Source: Eledone cirrhosa
Taxonomy: Eukaryota
Assembly (NCBI GenBank): GCA_964016885.1
Contig: OZ024742.1
Location: 213,838,001-213,902,000, forward strand
Direction of reading: 5' to 3'
DNA length: 64,000 bases
Position 1 is the first letter of the stretch. Each line of letters begins with the position of its first letter. The notes below the pieces were generated by a model that searched no databases, was not told the origin of the DNA, and worked only from the letters and a program-made list of their open reading frames with translations. Shown piece after piece: positions 1-16,082 of this stretch. The position numbers and the translations under genes are program-made.

Positions 1-2489
1 GCCAAATTTCCTTGAAATCGCATCTTTAAGTGTTAATTAAGGAAAGAACACATTAGATAATGTCTCTAAAATGAGAAGATGGACTAGGCTAGAATGCCTT
101 TCATCATATCTTTGATCTATCATGATTAACGGTATACGCCAACAATGACCTCAATGCACATCTAATACTTATTTTATCAATTATAAAGGTTACGAAAGGT
201 AAGGTTTAGATGGGGGATGTAGTCGATTTGATTGACTCCAGTATTTGATATGTAGACACTTATTTAATTGACTCCGTTATGATGAAAGATAAAGTCTATC
301 ATGGCATGTTTTGAACTCATGTTACAATTACACAATCAATCTCACAAAGTATTCAACTGATTCTACCAACCAACCACTATCGAGATTAATAAGTATTGAC
401 CAATTTATTGTCTTGTCAACTCATGGGGCCCGTTCCGAGGGTAGCCAACTCCGCCCCGATATTAACGAGTAGGGAAGTGGTGCTGGGGCCACAAACACTT
501 TTAACTATTCAATAAATGTTTGTAAAAAAGTGAAAATTTGATTTTCAACGTAGATTTTTGATCAAATTTACAGTGGGTAGGTGTGTAGGGATGGGGGAAG
601 ATTATGAAATATATTCTCTAAAAAGGGATCGGGGTGATAGGCCAAAAACATTAACACACCAGTGCGTTAAATTGTTTGGTAACTTAAGATACAAACAGTG
701 GTGTAAAGAGATAATACATGAATGTATAAAAACATATAAATATATGAATATCGAACCGAGGGGTAAAGAGTAAAAGGTGAGAAAGCGAAAGGTAAAAGTA
801 TAAAAGTCTACGAGACAAAGAGGAATCAACTCATACATTTGTATGCAAGAAAAATAAAGAAAGATAAACAGATAAATATCAATAAGATAAAGAAGAAGAA
901 AAAAAGAAAGAGAATTAGAGAATGTGTCATATATCATAGGGTGAACAGCTGATTGATACTTCAGTGAAATTATGTACAAAATACTATAAAGTAGAATAAA
1001 GTTCTTTTTTCCATTTAGGAGAAAAAGTGAAGTCAATCTACCAAGAGTCCAAGGTTATATACGAAATAGCTTGGGATAACACTTAGCTTACAGGGATTAG
1101 GAGAGCAATTGATAGAAAAATACGTGTTAGGAAGAAGGACACTACACATTTCAAAGATATCTAAAGTGCTCTTATACAGAACTCACACAGAATTTCATTA
1201 AAGACAGAGTATATTAATATTTATAAATACACTTAATTTAACATTTATGATAATTGTGGTTTCTTATTCAATGTCTTATATAGCTGTTTCTCAAATAACA
1301 CGTGACCTATTCCATTTTGAGTGTTCGGTTGTTGGTTATGGTGAATTTATAGCTGAGTAATACTGAATATAAATTTCAGATATACGAAAATTGTTGTATG
1401 ATTGCAACCCAAGCCCCTAAATTACCTGTACATTTATTTTTGGAGATATTGTCTGTAAAATGCAGAGTACACATGAGCAAAATGTATTTCATTGGATTAA
1501 ACATGTCAATACTGATGTCTTTTGCATTTTTAAGTAAATAAAATATAATGTAATGCTTTCAACGATACAACATTTGTTGGCTCTCTCATTTTGTACATTC
1601 TATGTCACCTACCTCTCCTCAATTACCACTTCTGTTCTGTCGTACCAAAATAACCATGCAGTAAACAAACAAAACAAAACATTTTAACAAAATTTCTTCC
1701 AGAACTGTACTCTTACAGGAATTATTTTCATACAGACGCCAACAAACAAACATTCAAGATAAACATGCAATTCATCGACTTTGCTATTCTGGGATCTTAA
1801 ACAAATAATTCCCCTTTCCACGATTTGATCCCAAATCTTGCAGTGTTTGACTCATGTATTTCTTCCTTCTGAGAGTTCAAGATAAGTACCAGTAATATAC
1901 TAATATTAATTAAACCATTATACCAACTGCTGTGCAAAGAAAGCCATATTAAACGCTTCTGCTAGATTGTAGTGTAAGCTTCAGGAAAAGCAATGACACG
2001 TAATATAAAATGAGTCTCCACATGTTGGAAACTCATTTCATTGAGCCAGTCAGACACGTTCACGGAGACAGAGACATACGCTGTTAGATGACAATTGATT
2101 TAGTCTTATTTAATGAGAAGTAACGTATTCCTTGTTATTATAAACTGAATGATATTCATCAGATTCACGACTTTCAATTTTCTTAGTTTCTGCTTTTTTT
2201 TCTCTCATGCCGCTTTTATCTAACACAACCTTATTTAATTGCTCTCGCAAACCGACAAAAGTAAAACGAGAATATGATCTGGTCTTTCTTCATCATTAAA
2301 GATATTTATTCTAAACTAACAACTATATTACTTTTTTTTCCCCTTCATTGAATTTTGATTAAAAACGTGACGAATGTTCCAGTTTTCCCAGTTGTCTTCA
2401 GTTTTTCATTTTTCTTATTTACTTTACGGATAAATAAATGTGTGGAGAGCATGGCTTAGTTCTATATTGCGACCACACACACACACACA

Positions 2490-2565
<76 letters not shown>

Positions 2566-2575
2566 TGTATGCATG

Positions 2576-2610
<35 letters not shown>

Positions 2611-2992
2611 GTATGTATGTATAAAAATTTATTGTTAGAAACGTTGAGCGAGTTGGGAATTCTTTTGAAAATGAAGTTTTTGATTAATAAAAATAATCTA
2701 AATTAGGCATAACAGCCTCTGAAGTCAGAAAAATGTGGTTAGCGTTACTGGGGTAGGTAAATTAGCACTTGCCTCTACAAGCCGTTGCATTTCAATAACC
2801 CTTGGTTTGAGCTAGGACCTGGCTGCTAGGGAACTGCAAATACACACACTCACCCCACCATATATATATATATATGAATGTACGTATTGAATATTTAATA
2901 ATATACTGTATGTTTATTTTAAACATTTTGAAGGCCTTTCGCTATGAATTTAAGGTACCAACTATAGTCACATACATAGCTTCAGCTACACA

Positions 2993-3108
<116 letters not shown>

Positions 3109-3330
3109 TTACCATTATAAGGGGTCTCACGTGCCGTGGATTACAGAGTCGGGCTAGATCGATACAGATCGAACCTTAAACTGGTCAGTGGCGAAATGCG
3201 CGTCGCCAACCAATAAACGTAATGAAAGTGTAACCACTCGTCCTTACTTTACTCTGTCTAGCTCTACACCTCGACACAGGAGTGAACCTAAACATTGAGT
3301 GCTCACCCGGGTGTAACTTCACGTTACACT

Positions 3331-3373
<43 letters not shown>

Positions 3374-3420
3374 AGAAAAACCACATGTGATAAAAACCAC
3401 AGACCCTCCATCTCAACTCA

Positions 3421-3458
3421 CCTTTTGAAAAGCAGAAGAACTGCGAAACCGGTAAAGG
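3421..3458 (+). ncRNA. Minimal type I hammerhead with U3-A8 variant core
   Basis: CCTT-TTGAAAA-GCAG aagaa CTGC-GAAAC CG GTA-AAGG. Stems I and II are perfect, stem III is the palindrome ACCGGT, and the triplet is GUA. It lies in a unique island (3369-3596) between (TA)n tracts. Confidence 0.75.
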
Positions 3459-3672
3459 AACCAAATAAATATATATATTTAAAAAAAAAATAAGACTTCA
3501 GTTGCATTTTCGATTTCATCTCTTTTTCTTTATACTTTCACTCGTGTAGGACACCTCGGTTATTTTTCATTTTGTAAAAAAAACCTCACTTTCTAATATA
3601 TATATATAGTTTCACATACCTAGCTTCAGCAATATATATACTTGACTTTAGCAAAGTATATATATATATATA

Positions 3673-3719
<47 letters not shown>

Positions 3720-4276
3720 GAGAGGTATAGAGATTGTTTTAGCAAGAAGCTAACGGCATTCTATAACATATATGCGACTATAACGTCAAGATGGGAAAAG
3801 TAGTTAACGAAAGATTTAGGAAAAATAACTCAAACTCATCTCAAAAGAGAATCAGGATGTAAATTCATCCACAGAATTTAGTAAAATCCAGGGAAAAATC
3901 TATAGACCTTTAACTCATGATAAAATACAGTTTGAAACACTTATCCTTCAATTTGGAATAACATCAAATGCTCTGTATAGTCTTAAAAGACTATTTCATG
4001 AAAACTTTCAGTGGAGATGGTCACGGTTGGATTTAATTCATCAGCAGAGCTCAATATATATATGCAAATACATAGACACACATATATGAATGTTTGTATG
4101 GACCTGTGACTAAAGATCAAGAATGAGAATTTCAACCTGATATAAATAGAAAAGACATGAAAATCGGATTCAATTCAAGGGAAGTTTAAGCTTGGGTATA
4201 TGCGGCTCAGTCCAGTTTCGTATTCTTACAGTAAAATATTAACTGAAATATTACACTGAAGTATTAGATTGTAGAT

Positions 4277-4676
4277 AGAGCAATTGATAGAAAAATACGT
4301 GTTAGGAAGAAGGACACTACACATTTCAAAGATATCTAAAGTGCTCTTATACAGAACTCACACAGAATTTCATTAAAGACAGAGTATATTAATATTTATA
4401 AATACACTTAATTTAACATTTATGATAATTGTGGTTTCTTATTCAATGTCTTATATAGCTGTTTCTCAAATAACACGTGACCTATTCCATTTTGAGTGTT
4501 CGGTTGTTGGTTATGGTGAATTTATAGCTGAGTAATACTGAATATAAATTTCAGATATACGAAAATTGTTGTATGATTGCAACCCAAGCCCCTAAATTAC
4601 CTGTACATTTATTTTTGGAGATATTGTCTGTAAAATGCAGAGTACACATGAGCAAAATGTATTTCATTGGATTAAA
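4277..4676 (+). repeat. 400-bp direct copy of 1102-1501
   Basis: Appears identical by eye, and is flanked by a 63-bp direct duplication (4217-4279 / 4678-4740). Confidence 0.9.
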
Positions 4677-5007
4677 GTTCGTATTCTTACAATAAAATAT
4701 TAACTGAAATATTACACTGAAGTATTAGATTGTAGATAGAAGTGAAGAGTATTGCATCCCTGGGGAAATATACTTCTATCTAATTCATCATGCTTATCAA
4801 TCTATAAATATTGACATCCCAAAACATGTACTGCCTCAGATATCATTAAGATACATTTATTATTGCAACTGCTAAATAGATTTGCCTCGTTCCTTCCCTT
4901 TCTCTTCCTCTACATATTAGTACATAAGCATACGCATTCACACAACCATTACACACACACACATATATATATATACATATATGCGTGTGTGTATATATGT
5001 ATGTATG

Positions 5008-5077
<70 letters not shown>

Positions 5078-5086
5078 TATATATGT

Positions 5087-5581
5087 GGGATAACAAGTTA
5101 TCGTTATAGGAAATCCAGTTAGAGGTTGTGAGTACTCTGCGTTGTGGATAGATTTAACGTACGGCTTTGTTTGACTCAACAAGATGTTTCCATAGTTAGG
5201 CAGCGAGTTCGAAACGGGAATTCCTATGTAGGTTATACTTGGAGTAATAATAGTGAAAGAATGAAGAGTAACATGGTTGGCTGTACAGCAGGGGGCTTTA
5301 TTTCAGGTATTGACAATTGTTTCATTGATCAGGTGAGTCTAGAGGCCGCTAATCGCTCAAAGTTGCGTCACTCGATCTCCATTACATTATTTACCTTTGA
5401 TCAAATTCTCAGAATATTCTGAGAATTTGATCAAAGGTAAATAATGTAATGGAGATCGAGTGACGCAACTTTGAGCGATTAGCGGCCTCTAGACTCACCT
5501 GATCAATGAAACAATTGTCAATACCTGAAATAAAGCCCCCTGCTGTACAGCCAACCATGTTACTCTTCATTCTTTCACTAT
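5087..5581. mobile_element. Perfect 332-bp palindrome (5250-5581) with 163-bp tail, in (TA)n
   Basis: Zero-spacer inversion at 5415/5416. The ORF track shows the same peptide on both strands. Confidence 0.8.
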
Positions 5582-5605
5582 ATATATACACACACACAGA
5601 CACAG

Positions 5606-5682
<77 letters not shown>

Positions 5683-6859
5683 GCACAATTACATGTAGTT
5701 ATATATAATCCTTCACTAGGTTTCCTTCGTTATTACATCTCACCGATCTCCTTAAAAGAACAGCTACTCAAATCACATTTCCTTCTTTAGCTGTTGTCTC
5801 CACCAACAGATCACTCCTCGTGGTTTTCAATTGAAATACTATGCCAGCACTTCTACGTTATTACTGAACCTATTCTCATTCATTCCCCAACCTCCTTAAG
5901 CGCGCTATCATCTGTCCTGTTTTTCCATATCAGTATCGTCGACCAAAACCTCCGGCAAGCTATCTCTATTCCGTTTGCATATCATTTCCCTCTAAGTCCA
6001 TCTTCCCCGTCATTGTACAACTCTACCATCTGCATGTCGACTTTCTTATACACACAAAACATAGCAAACCTTTGTAACTACTCCAACCATCGTCACCTCT
6101 TATAGATTTTGCGTCATCCCTATCCCATGCCTTCATTCTTCATAACCCTCAGCTCCAACCATAGCCCACCCACTCCATATACACCTGTCCAACGTTTTCC
6201 TAATATTGTTTCTACTTTTGGCACAAGGCCAGCAATTACCCAGTGCATTACTGGTACTTTATTTTATCGACCCCGTAAGGATGAAAGGCAAAGTTAACAT
6301 CGGCGGGATTTTCCTAATATTATCACTCATCCATACACAGCCTTGTATCTTTACCACCCAGTCTATCACTTCGTTCTCTGAAGCTGAACATCCGCTCCTC
6401 AGTAGGGGTTCCCATTTCATACTTCTCACACCCACCTACATCGAGTTCCAGATTCGTTGCGATATTCAGCTGTTCCTTCCCCGCACCAAACTGTACATCA
6501 TCTTCCAACAGCTCCCAACAAACTGGATTATTTCTAAGTTGCCAACTATCTCACTGAACGCCGCCCCCTGGCCAAGACAGTACATTTTACTTATTTGTGA
6601 TGTGTTGGAGATTTTGGTTACAGTTTAAGATCTGCTAGTCTCAGTACTTCTATGTATTGTTTATTTTGTTTATTAATAGCTCCCTGTGTTTTCGAGCTTT
6701 TATGAATCTTTAGTGATCCTTAGAAGTTATATAGTTAACTAATTTCTTTATCAGTAAAATAATCTGAGTGCTGTTTGCTTAATGATTTTATTCTGATTAT
6801 AGTATTGTCTACCACATTGTCTGAATCAATTTATAGATTTTCAGATTAAATCTCTATAC

Positions 6860-8450
6860 AAAGATACCGAGTTACGTACGAAATGATATGGATTTCCTTA
6901 AATACATTTCATTGACTGTCCCGGAGTTCACTATTTTAACAAGCTTCGAAATAACAAGTCTTAACACTAACATACACATTCATTAAACCTAAAAGCATTC
7001 CCATACTGGATAGAAAAAACAGTAAATTAACGTTTCAAAACAGATTTCATCATCAAAGTCCTAAACTTAATCTTATAAAGAAAAAAAAAATAACGTTTAA
7101 ATTTGATAAAAATTCGAATAGACAAACAAAAGAAGCAGTTATGGGCACAGAACCTTTGTATTCTTGCCTTCGGTTGGGATTTCTAGAAGAAAAATTATAT
7201 CATGAAGTAGAAATATTTGGTAAACATGTTATAGAATACATTATTGGAAATACATTAGGGGCGGTGGATTGACAGTATCAGTAGAGGGTCGGACGCCATG
7301 CTTTGACGCATAGAGTTACGGCCCTTGCCATTCTGAGTTCAAATCCCGCCGAGGTTAACTTTGCCTTTCCTCCTTACGGGGTCGATAAAATAAAGTACCA
7401 GTAATGTACTGAGTGATTGCTGGCTTTGTGCCAAAAAGTAGAAACAATTATTGGGAAAGGAAAACGTTTTCTCATCAAACGGCAAACTAAAAATATTAAA
7501 AACATTTAAACACTCTCCACCCACCCATTTGATTCACAACACAACCATCTTTGGACATGTTCCTAAAATTATGTAGCACCAGAATTACAGCAGACATATT
7601 GTATAAAAGGACAGATCCACTAATAATTGAACTTTCAATCATGTCAACCCCAAACAACAAATAAAACATTCCATCCTGTGTGGCAAGACGAATACGTGCA
7701 ATAGTTGTTGATTCAAAACTATGGCAAATTTGTTTTCATAAACTTAGAAGTTTTCTTAAACAATAGAAACATCCCTTGAATTTAATATGATGGGATTAAA
7801 AAGGAAGAGAAACTGCATATATATAAACATACGATTGCTAGGCAAAAAGCTGAGAAAAATATTTCATTTGCCAACACTGATGATCCAGGAGTACCAAACA
7901 TACTTTCTAAAATTGAAGCAAACCTTCAAATTCTGTTCTGATGTACAAAAATGAAATATCTAGAGAAACAAAACTCCAATCATCAATAACAACTTAAGAA
8001 CTTAAAAGAGAGAGAAAAAAAAAAAAAAGATCACAGGAGCAAAATATACATCAGAAAATAATTTCAAATTTTATGTTAAAATTCGTAAAGATAGCAACTG
8101 CGGAAACTAAGGAAGCGACTTCCAGGACCATTTCAAAACTGGTTCCGAGATAAAATTTTTAAAAAGGACAGTCTTTTCAAATAAATGCCGAAATGAATTG
8201 CAAAACCGAACATCTGTATACAATTGTCTGTCTCGACACAGATAATTATATTGGTCGAGTCATAATACACGAACAACAGACACGAAAATAAAACTAAGGA
8301 AAATAACACTAAGTGAACATTCAGAAGTTAGCGGGAACAGCAAATTCATAATATTATGTACCGGTCAGAAATAGAAAAACTATTTTATAAAAAAAATCCG
8401 CTCCGAAACTAAACTGTAACTGCTCTACTTAAAGAGATACGAAAATATGC
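6860..8450 (+). pseudogene. Decayed PLE (RT + GIY-YIG), interrupted by a SINE
   Basis: Manual translation across stops and frameshifts gives SYVRNDMDFL..TILTSFEITSLNTNI, AVMGTEP..LGFLEEKLY, TADILYKRTD, NIPSCVARRIRAIV and FQINAEMNCKTEHLYTIVC..NYIG. Confidence 0.7.
7258..7450 (+). mobile_element. tRNA-derived SINE family 1 (Meta-SINE-like core)
   Basis: A-box-like head, B box GAGTTCAAATCC, core TCCTTACGGGGTCGATAAAATAAAGTACCAG. More than 15 copies in the window. Confidence 0.85.
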
Positions 8451-8618
8451 ATAGCGAACTTCCAGTTTGACTACCATTTTAATAACTACTAAATCTATGT
8501 CTTGTGGAAGTCAAAAGCGTTAGATGCAAATTACAAACAATGTTTTATTTTGTCCAAGTGATAAACAGTGTCTTATTGCTTCTTTTGACAATTATACTTT
8601 AATAATATAACACTCTGT

Positions 8619-8690
<72 letters not shown>

Positions 8691-9834
8691 TATTATATAT
8701 ATATATATATATAAATACTGGCATTGATAAATATGCTGGGTCCGTCAACCCTTATTATTATATATATATATATATATATATATACACTCACACATACATA
8801 CATACATACATACATAGATAGATACATACATACATACAATCTATTGAAATATTCACACACCGGTGTTTATTATTTCAACAAGATACTTTACATAATGTAA
8901 GCCTTGGACATTTATCAATAACATGGCTATATTATTGTAAGAGAAGAAATGATTTCTGACGATGTATTTGTGAGCTAAATCTTCTATTATTTCCCTCCTG
9001 TGTTTTCAAAATCACTTCTAATCTTCTTTGCAGTATTATTTTGTATCTTAGGAAAAATAAACTAGGAAATACATTTAGCATTGAAATTTATGTAACAACA
9101 CAGACACTAATGTCCTTTTTTTGCCTGTCTGTTTGTCGTCATGCGTGTATATTTATGTCTCATATAAAATAATACAACTGGCTATCCTCAAAATACGTAT
9201 AGTTAGCACCCCAAACGTATAATTGGAATTATACTAAGGTATATCCTAATGTTTGTTGAGTGAGACGGAAGTCGGTCGGAGTATTGCTTAAAGCTTTCTC
9301 TGTTAATGTATTAAATATATATATATATATATATATGTCAGGTCGCTCTTCATCGCTACTCGAAACATGTAAACCAGTACAACCTGTGTATAGTCGAGTC
9401 GTCGCTGATTACATCCGCAACCCCACCAAGCTTGCATGGGGAAGAGAGTGATTTTGGACAGCCTGCGGGATGAAAAACAAAACACGTCAAAAGGCGAAGG
9501 AACTCGTGAAAGACAACGGCCATCCAATGAGTTTGTTTTTCTTTTGTAGAGCGAGAGACTCCTAGTCTTCATTAAGACATCTCCCTAAGGGAAGGTCACT
9601 CTGATATAAAACCTGCGACTTCATTGCATCCAATGATGTAGTTCAGTTATTCTTTTTTGGGCAAATTCATTTGATGTTCCTCACTTAAAAAAGCTTCAAG
9701 CATAGGCATTGCTTGATATGAGACATTGTTTGCGATGCATGGTATTGCTGGTCCTATGACCAGGACTAAAACACAACATCGATGATGCTCATGCTTAAAT
9801 ATTAAGCGAAATCGAGTTGCATCATATTTTATAT

Positions 9835-9996
9835 GTGGATTGGCAGTAACGGTAGAGGGTCGGACGCCATGCTATGGTCTGAGTTCAAATCCCACCGAGG
9901 TTAACTTTACCTTTCATCCTTACGGGGTCGATAAAATAAAGTACCAGTAATACACTGGAATAAGTGCTAGCCTTGTGCCAAAAGTAGAAACAATTA
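9835..9996 (+). mobile_element. SINE family 1
   Basis: Homologous to 7258-7450, with an internal deletion. Confidence 0.8.
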
Positions 9997-10010
9997 TATA
10001 TATGTATATA

Positions 10011-10064
<54 letters not shown>

Positions 10065-10145
10065 ATTATATATATATAATTATAAATATATATACATTTA
10101 TAAATATATATATATATACATTTATTATAAATATATATATACAAA

Positions 10146-10372
10146 TATATATTTATTAAAATAACAGATTAAAGTTTAAGCAAAGAATCGCTGCTTTCAC
10201 CCTTAACGGGATCTTCAGAAGATCCCGTTAAGGGTGAAAGCAGCGATTCTTTGCTTAAACTTTAATCTGTTATTTTAATAAATATTTGCTCTACGGTTCT
10301 TATATATTTGATATATATTTTCCTTATCGAGCCCTCTTTGGATTTTAGTCTTCAATTTTATTATTATTACTA
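10146..10372. mobile_element. Family D palindromic mini-element
   Basis: Perfect ~70-bp arms centred on 10217, plus an ~85-bp tail. Other copies are at 15210-15380 and 33286-33610. Confidence 0.8.
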
Positions 10373-10392
10373 TACAAATATATATATATATA

Positions 10393-10540
10393 CCGCATTT
10401 CGCAGCGTCGAGGACGCTACTTTTTTCGAAAATAAGTCTCAAATGTCTACCATGCGTCCTCGTGGCTGTTTATTATTTTTGGTTGTCAAAATTAGGGGGC
10501 GTCCTCCAGGACGAAGCGTCTTCGACGTCGGGAAATACGC
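10393..10540. mobile_element. Tc1/pogo-like MITE
   Basis: TA|CCGCATTTCGCAGCGTCGAGGACGCT ... AGCGTCTTCGACGTCGGGAAATACGC|TA. Confidence 0.55.
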
Positions 10541-10665
10541 TATATATATGTATGAATGTATGTATAGTAATATTTGTCAATATAGCGTATGTTTAATTAA
10601 AAACATTACTTTATAATAATTATAATACTTTATAATAATTACTTTAATTAAAAACAAAACATTAC

Positions 10666-10714
<49 letters not shown>

Positions 10715-10911
10715 GAATGTATGTATAGTATATTTGGCGTTTAAGTAAAAACACTACTTTAAAACCGATTGCGTATGGTTTTCAAAATGTTTTTAATTAA
10801 ACATACGGTATATTGCCAAATATACTACACATACATGTATACATCACTATTTCAGAGCACCAATCCTAATATACATATATATATTATATAGATAATATAT
10901 ATATATATGTA

Positions 10912-10999
<88 letters not shown>

Positions 11000-11061
11000 A
11001 ATATATAAATATATATATATATATACATAGAAATATATATATGTATGTGTTTACAAATATA

Positions 11062-11115
<54 letters not shown>

Positions 11116-11645
11116 TATATTTGTAAACACATACACACATTGCACACACTCATACACCACAACCACAGAAACATGGTTACCCCCCCCCTCCACACACACA
11201 TACACTTCCTGTATCTCTCCCACTCCTGCTAACACATAATCTTATAATCACACATTAACAAAATCCAAACTGTCCTGACAGCTGTAAAATGTATCGCCAA
11301 CGACGTCGTAGTTGATGGACTCTGTGTCTTTAGCCTGAGATGTTTTTACTTCTTCATTTCCTTTGCCTGTTAAATGCTTAGTTTTGCGCAGACGGGTTTC
11401 CTGCTGTTTCTAATGGAGGGTTCTGATGGTGGTGACGGTAGCCGTCTTAGGTGGGGATCATCAAAGTATCAGCGGTTGTGGTTGTTTTTATAGTCGTAGT
11501 AGTGTTGATGTGAAAGTTATAATATTTCCCTATACTCGTCCGCCTAAGCTCGTATACCTACTAATCCAGAATTTAAAACAAAAACAAAAAAGAAACCGTC
11601 AATAAATGAATAAATAAAGCGAGATACACAGTTATATATATATAT

Positions 11646-11958
<313 letters not shown>

Positions 11959-12177
11959 CGTAAAGTAACTGTCTATCCCATTGCAGAAACTAATTAGTTG
12001 GAGTGAAAATTTAAGTTAATTTTTTTTTATTTTTTTTTTAATTTTCTTATTTTACGTCTTTTATATTATTGTTCTGCATCCTTCTGCATTGAACCACCTA
12101 GGTAATATGACATAACCTGTGTATTTGCTGGCATTAGCGTACATCTGTGCGCTTATGTTAGTAGATATATTAAATTA

Positions 12178-13477
<1,300 letters not shown>

Positions 13478-14134
13478 GAGTATTGAAGTTTGCTTGAAGC
13501 ATTGTGGAATAATAAAATTTTTTTTTTGTTGTCGTTTTGGAAGCCTCAACAATGCAGATGGGTAAATCTCGGGGTAACAGAATCCGGTGGTGAAGAGAGA
13601 GATGCAAGAGGGAATGTAGAATGAGATGTATAGTGTGTAGAGGAACGTAGGAAAGAGCGTAAAAAATAAAAATAATAACACGAGATAGAGTTACCTTGGG
13701 GGAGATTTAATTGTCCCTATATTTGGGATTCGCATCCATCAACTGTGGGGGGGGGGGTATCTGTCGGAGAGTAACGGTACGTGGCCTCTGTTGCCCGCTG
13801 TTTGTGTGTAACTGATATATTCTGTAGAGCGCACGTGCGCGCGGAATACGTGCGGTCAAGCAAAGGTCAAAGCAGCTCCTTTTTATTGTGGGAGTGGAAT
13901 AGCGTTAGCTGTCAATCCCTTCTACTACCTATATGTACTCGTCTTTGGTACTAGCAGTGCAGTAGTCTGTCTGGTCGCTTGTTGGTCGGTGGGTGGTGGG
14001 GGCGCTAAACACAATACTAATCGTTCGAATGTCACTGTGAGTGTGTGTGCGTATGTTGTTGTCTCGTTTGTTTACACCAGCCACCTCGTCTCGCTTCTCT
14101 CGGTCGGTTATTTATTTGTGGTCCTAGGCATTTG

Positions 14135-14186
<52 letters not shown>

Positions 14187-14199
14187 GTGTGTGTGTGTG

Positions 14200-14590
14200 T
14201 GATTGCCTAAACACGAGAAATGAATTTTTAACACGTTGTCCACACGTCTTGAAACACCTATTGCATAACTACAAAGCTCCGGATTGAATCATTGTAACAT
14301 CATAATTTTCTTATCAACTAAAAACCTTTCGGACTTTCGCAGTTATCTCCCTTACACCTCTCGCACGCATTTTAGTATTGCCTGTGTGAAGTGACCGGTT
14401 TTTGCGCATGCGCGTTCGTACGGTTGTCCTTCCTGTTCCGTATAACCATGCCCATTACAAGCTGAGGATCCGCTAAGGTGAAACAATTGTTCTCGGTATG
14501 GTGAACTAACTGTTGTGTAACCACTTCCACCTAACTCGTCCCATGGACTGAGTGCTCTACCACTACGGATATTACCTTCCAGTGTTCTAC

Positions 14591-14594
<4 letters not shown>
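14200..14594 (+). mobile_element. Family A PLE-type 3'-end fragment with HHR
   Basis: Aligns with 34175-34488 plus the family tail, and ends in (TA)n. Confidence 0.8.
14452..14501 (+). ncRNA. Minimal type I hammerhead ribozyme (family A)
   Basis: Homolog of 34425-34474: CTGAGGATCCGCTAAGGTGAAACAATTGTTCTCGGTATGG. Confidence 0.8.
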
Positions 14595-14630
<36 letters not shown>

Positions 14631-15119
14631 CCAAAGATTAATATAGTTTGTTGATTATTCAACGAATACAAATTTACAATAGATTAGAAGCACATCTTCC
14701 CTTTCTTTTGTTTTTATTCCTTTTTTTTTCGCTTACATCTTTTTTTCTTCTTTTATTCATTTATTTATTTATTTATTTATTGGTTTATTTCTCGCCTTTT
14801 CCTTTTCTTTTCATCCCCCTTCTATATTTCTACTTTGTTCTACGTCCTCTTCTTCTCTAAGTTTATCATAGTATTTGTGGTATAAAAACGTTGAGGGTTG
14901 GTGAAATAAATCACTATTGGAATTGAATAATCAAATCTGTTTCGACGGTTATTTCCGTCCAGAAATAGCCGTCGAAACGGCTTGAGCTCTGCCGTCGGGG
15001 TTAAACATTTTCCTTATATTTTGTCTGATGAAAAGTACTTAAACACCATTGTAGCTTTGAAATATGTATAATAATATATATTTTGATTATGAGAATATTT
15101 TTCATTTATTAATATTTTG

Positions 15120-15188
<69 letters not shown>

Positions 15189-15499
15189 AATAAATATATA
15201 TATATATATATATTTATTAAAATAACAGATTAAAGTTTAAGCAAAGAATCGCTGCTTTCACTCTTAACGGGATCTTCTGAAACTAACTAATAAATATTTG
15301 CTCTACGGTTCTTATATATTTCATATATATTTATCCTTATCGAGCCCTCTTTGGATTTTAGTCTTCAAATTTATTATTATTAATATTATATATATATATA
15401 TAATATTATTGATATTATACTCCAGAAGAAAACTGTAGAGTGCTTCGAATCTGTTATGAATAAATTTGTTGAATAACCAACAAATTAAATAACTCATTG

Positions 15500-15556
<57 letters not shown>

Positions 15557-15559
<3 letters not shown>

Positions 15560-15751
15560 AAAATGTTTAACTCCGACGGCAGAGCTCAAGCTGTTTCGAC
15601 GGTTATTTCCGTTCAGAAATAGCCGTCGAAACGGCTTGAGCTCTGCCGTCGGGGTTAAACATTTTCCTATTACCCACTCTACTACCCTAAGTATTGAGTA
15701 CTCTGGTGCGTTATGGTCCATCTGGTTCCTTCCTTACCATACCTCCTTCGT

Positions 15752-15752
<1 letters not shown>
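15557..15752. mobile_element. Family B palindromic mini-element folded in a probable HHR stem II
   Basis: Palindrome 15558-15668 (GTTTCGACGGTTATTTC..GAAATAGCCGTCGAAAC) plus a tail. A partial copy is at 14935-15015. Confidence 0.75.
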
Positions 15753-15782
<30 letters not shown>

Positions 15783-15783
<1 letters not shown>

Positions 15784-16082
15784 AGCAATGAGTTATTTAA
15801 TTTCTTGGTTATTCAACAAATCTATTTATAACAGATTCGAAGCACTCTACAGTTTACTTCTGGAGTATATTATCAATAATATTAATAAATGGAAACTATC
15901 TTTATAAAACCATATTTGTTTTATTATATATATTTCAAGGGTACCAACATTTTTGGTACGCTTCCATCAGATAAAATTTTGCTACCCTTGAAATATATAT
16001 AATAAAATAAATATGGTTTTATAAAGATAGTTTCCATTTATTAATATTATTGATAATATACTCCAGAAGAAAACTGTAGAGT
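15783..16082. mobile_element. Palindromic mini-element with HHR at its centre
   Basis: The minus strand at ~15918-15978 reads TTTTAT-CTGATGGAAG-c GTACC..GGTAC CCTT-GAAAT ATAT ATA-ATAAAA. A related HHR-like motif is at 15018-15077 (+) and a 3' fragment of the same family at 15400-15502. Confidence 0.7.

Noticed and set aside
3185-3220. GAAATGCGCGTC half-hammerhead; similar half motifs at ~11985 and ~32250-32305
   Set aside because: Stem III-like sequence is present but there is no convincing CUGANGA core or stem I.
5700-6590. Pyrimidine-rich block, possibly a decayed RTE endonuclease on the - strand
   Set aside because: No unambiguous motif recovered by eye.
7258-7350. tRNA genes at SINE heads
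   Set aside because: A/B boxes are present, but there is no intact cloverleaf and they are followed by a SINE core and tail.
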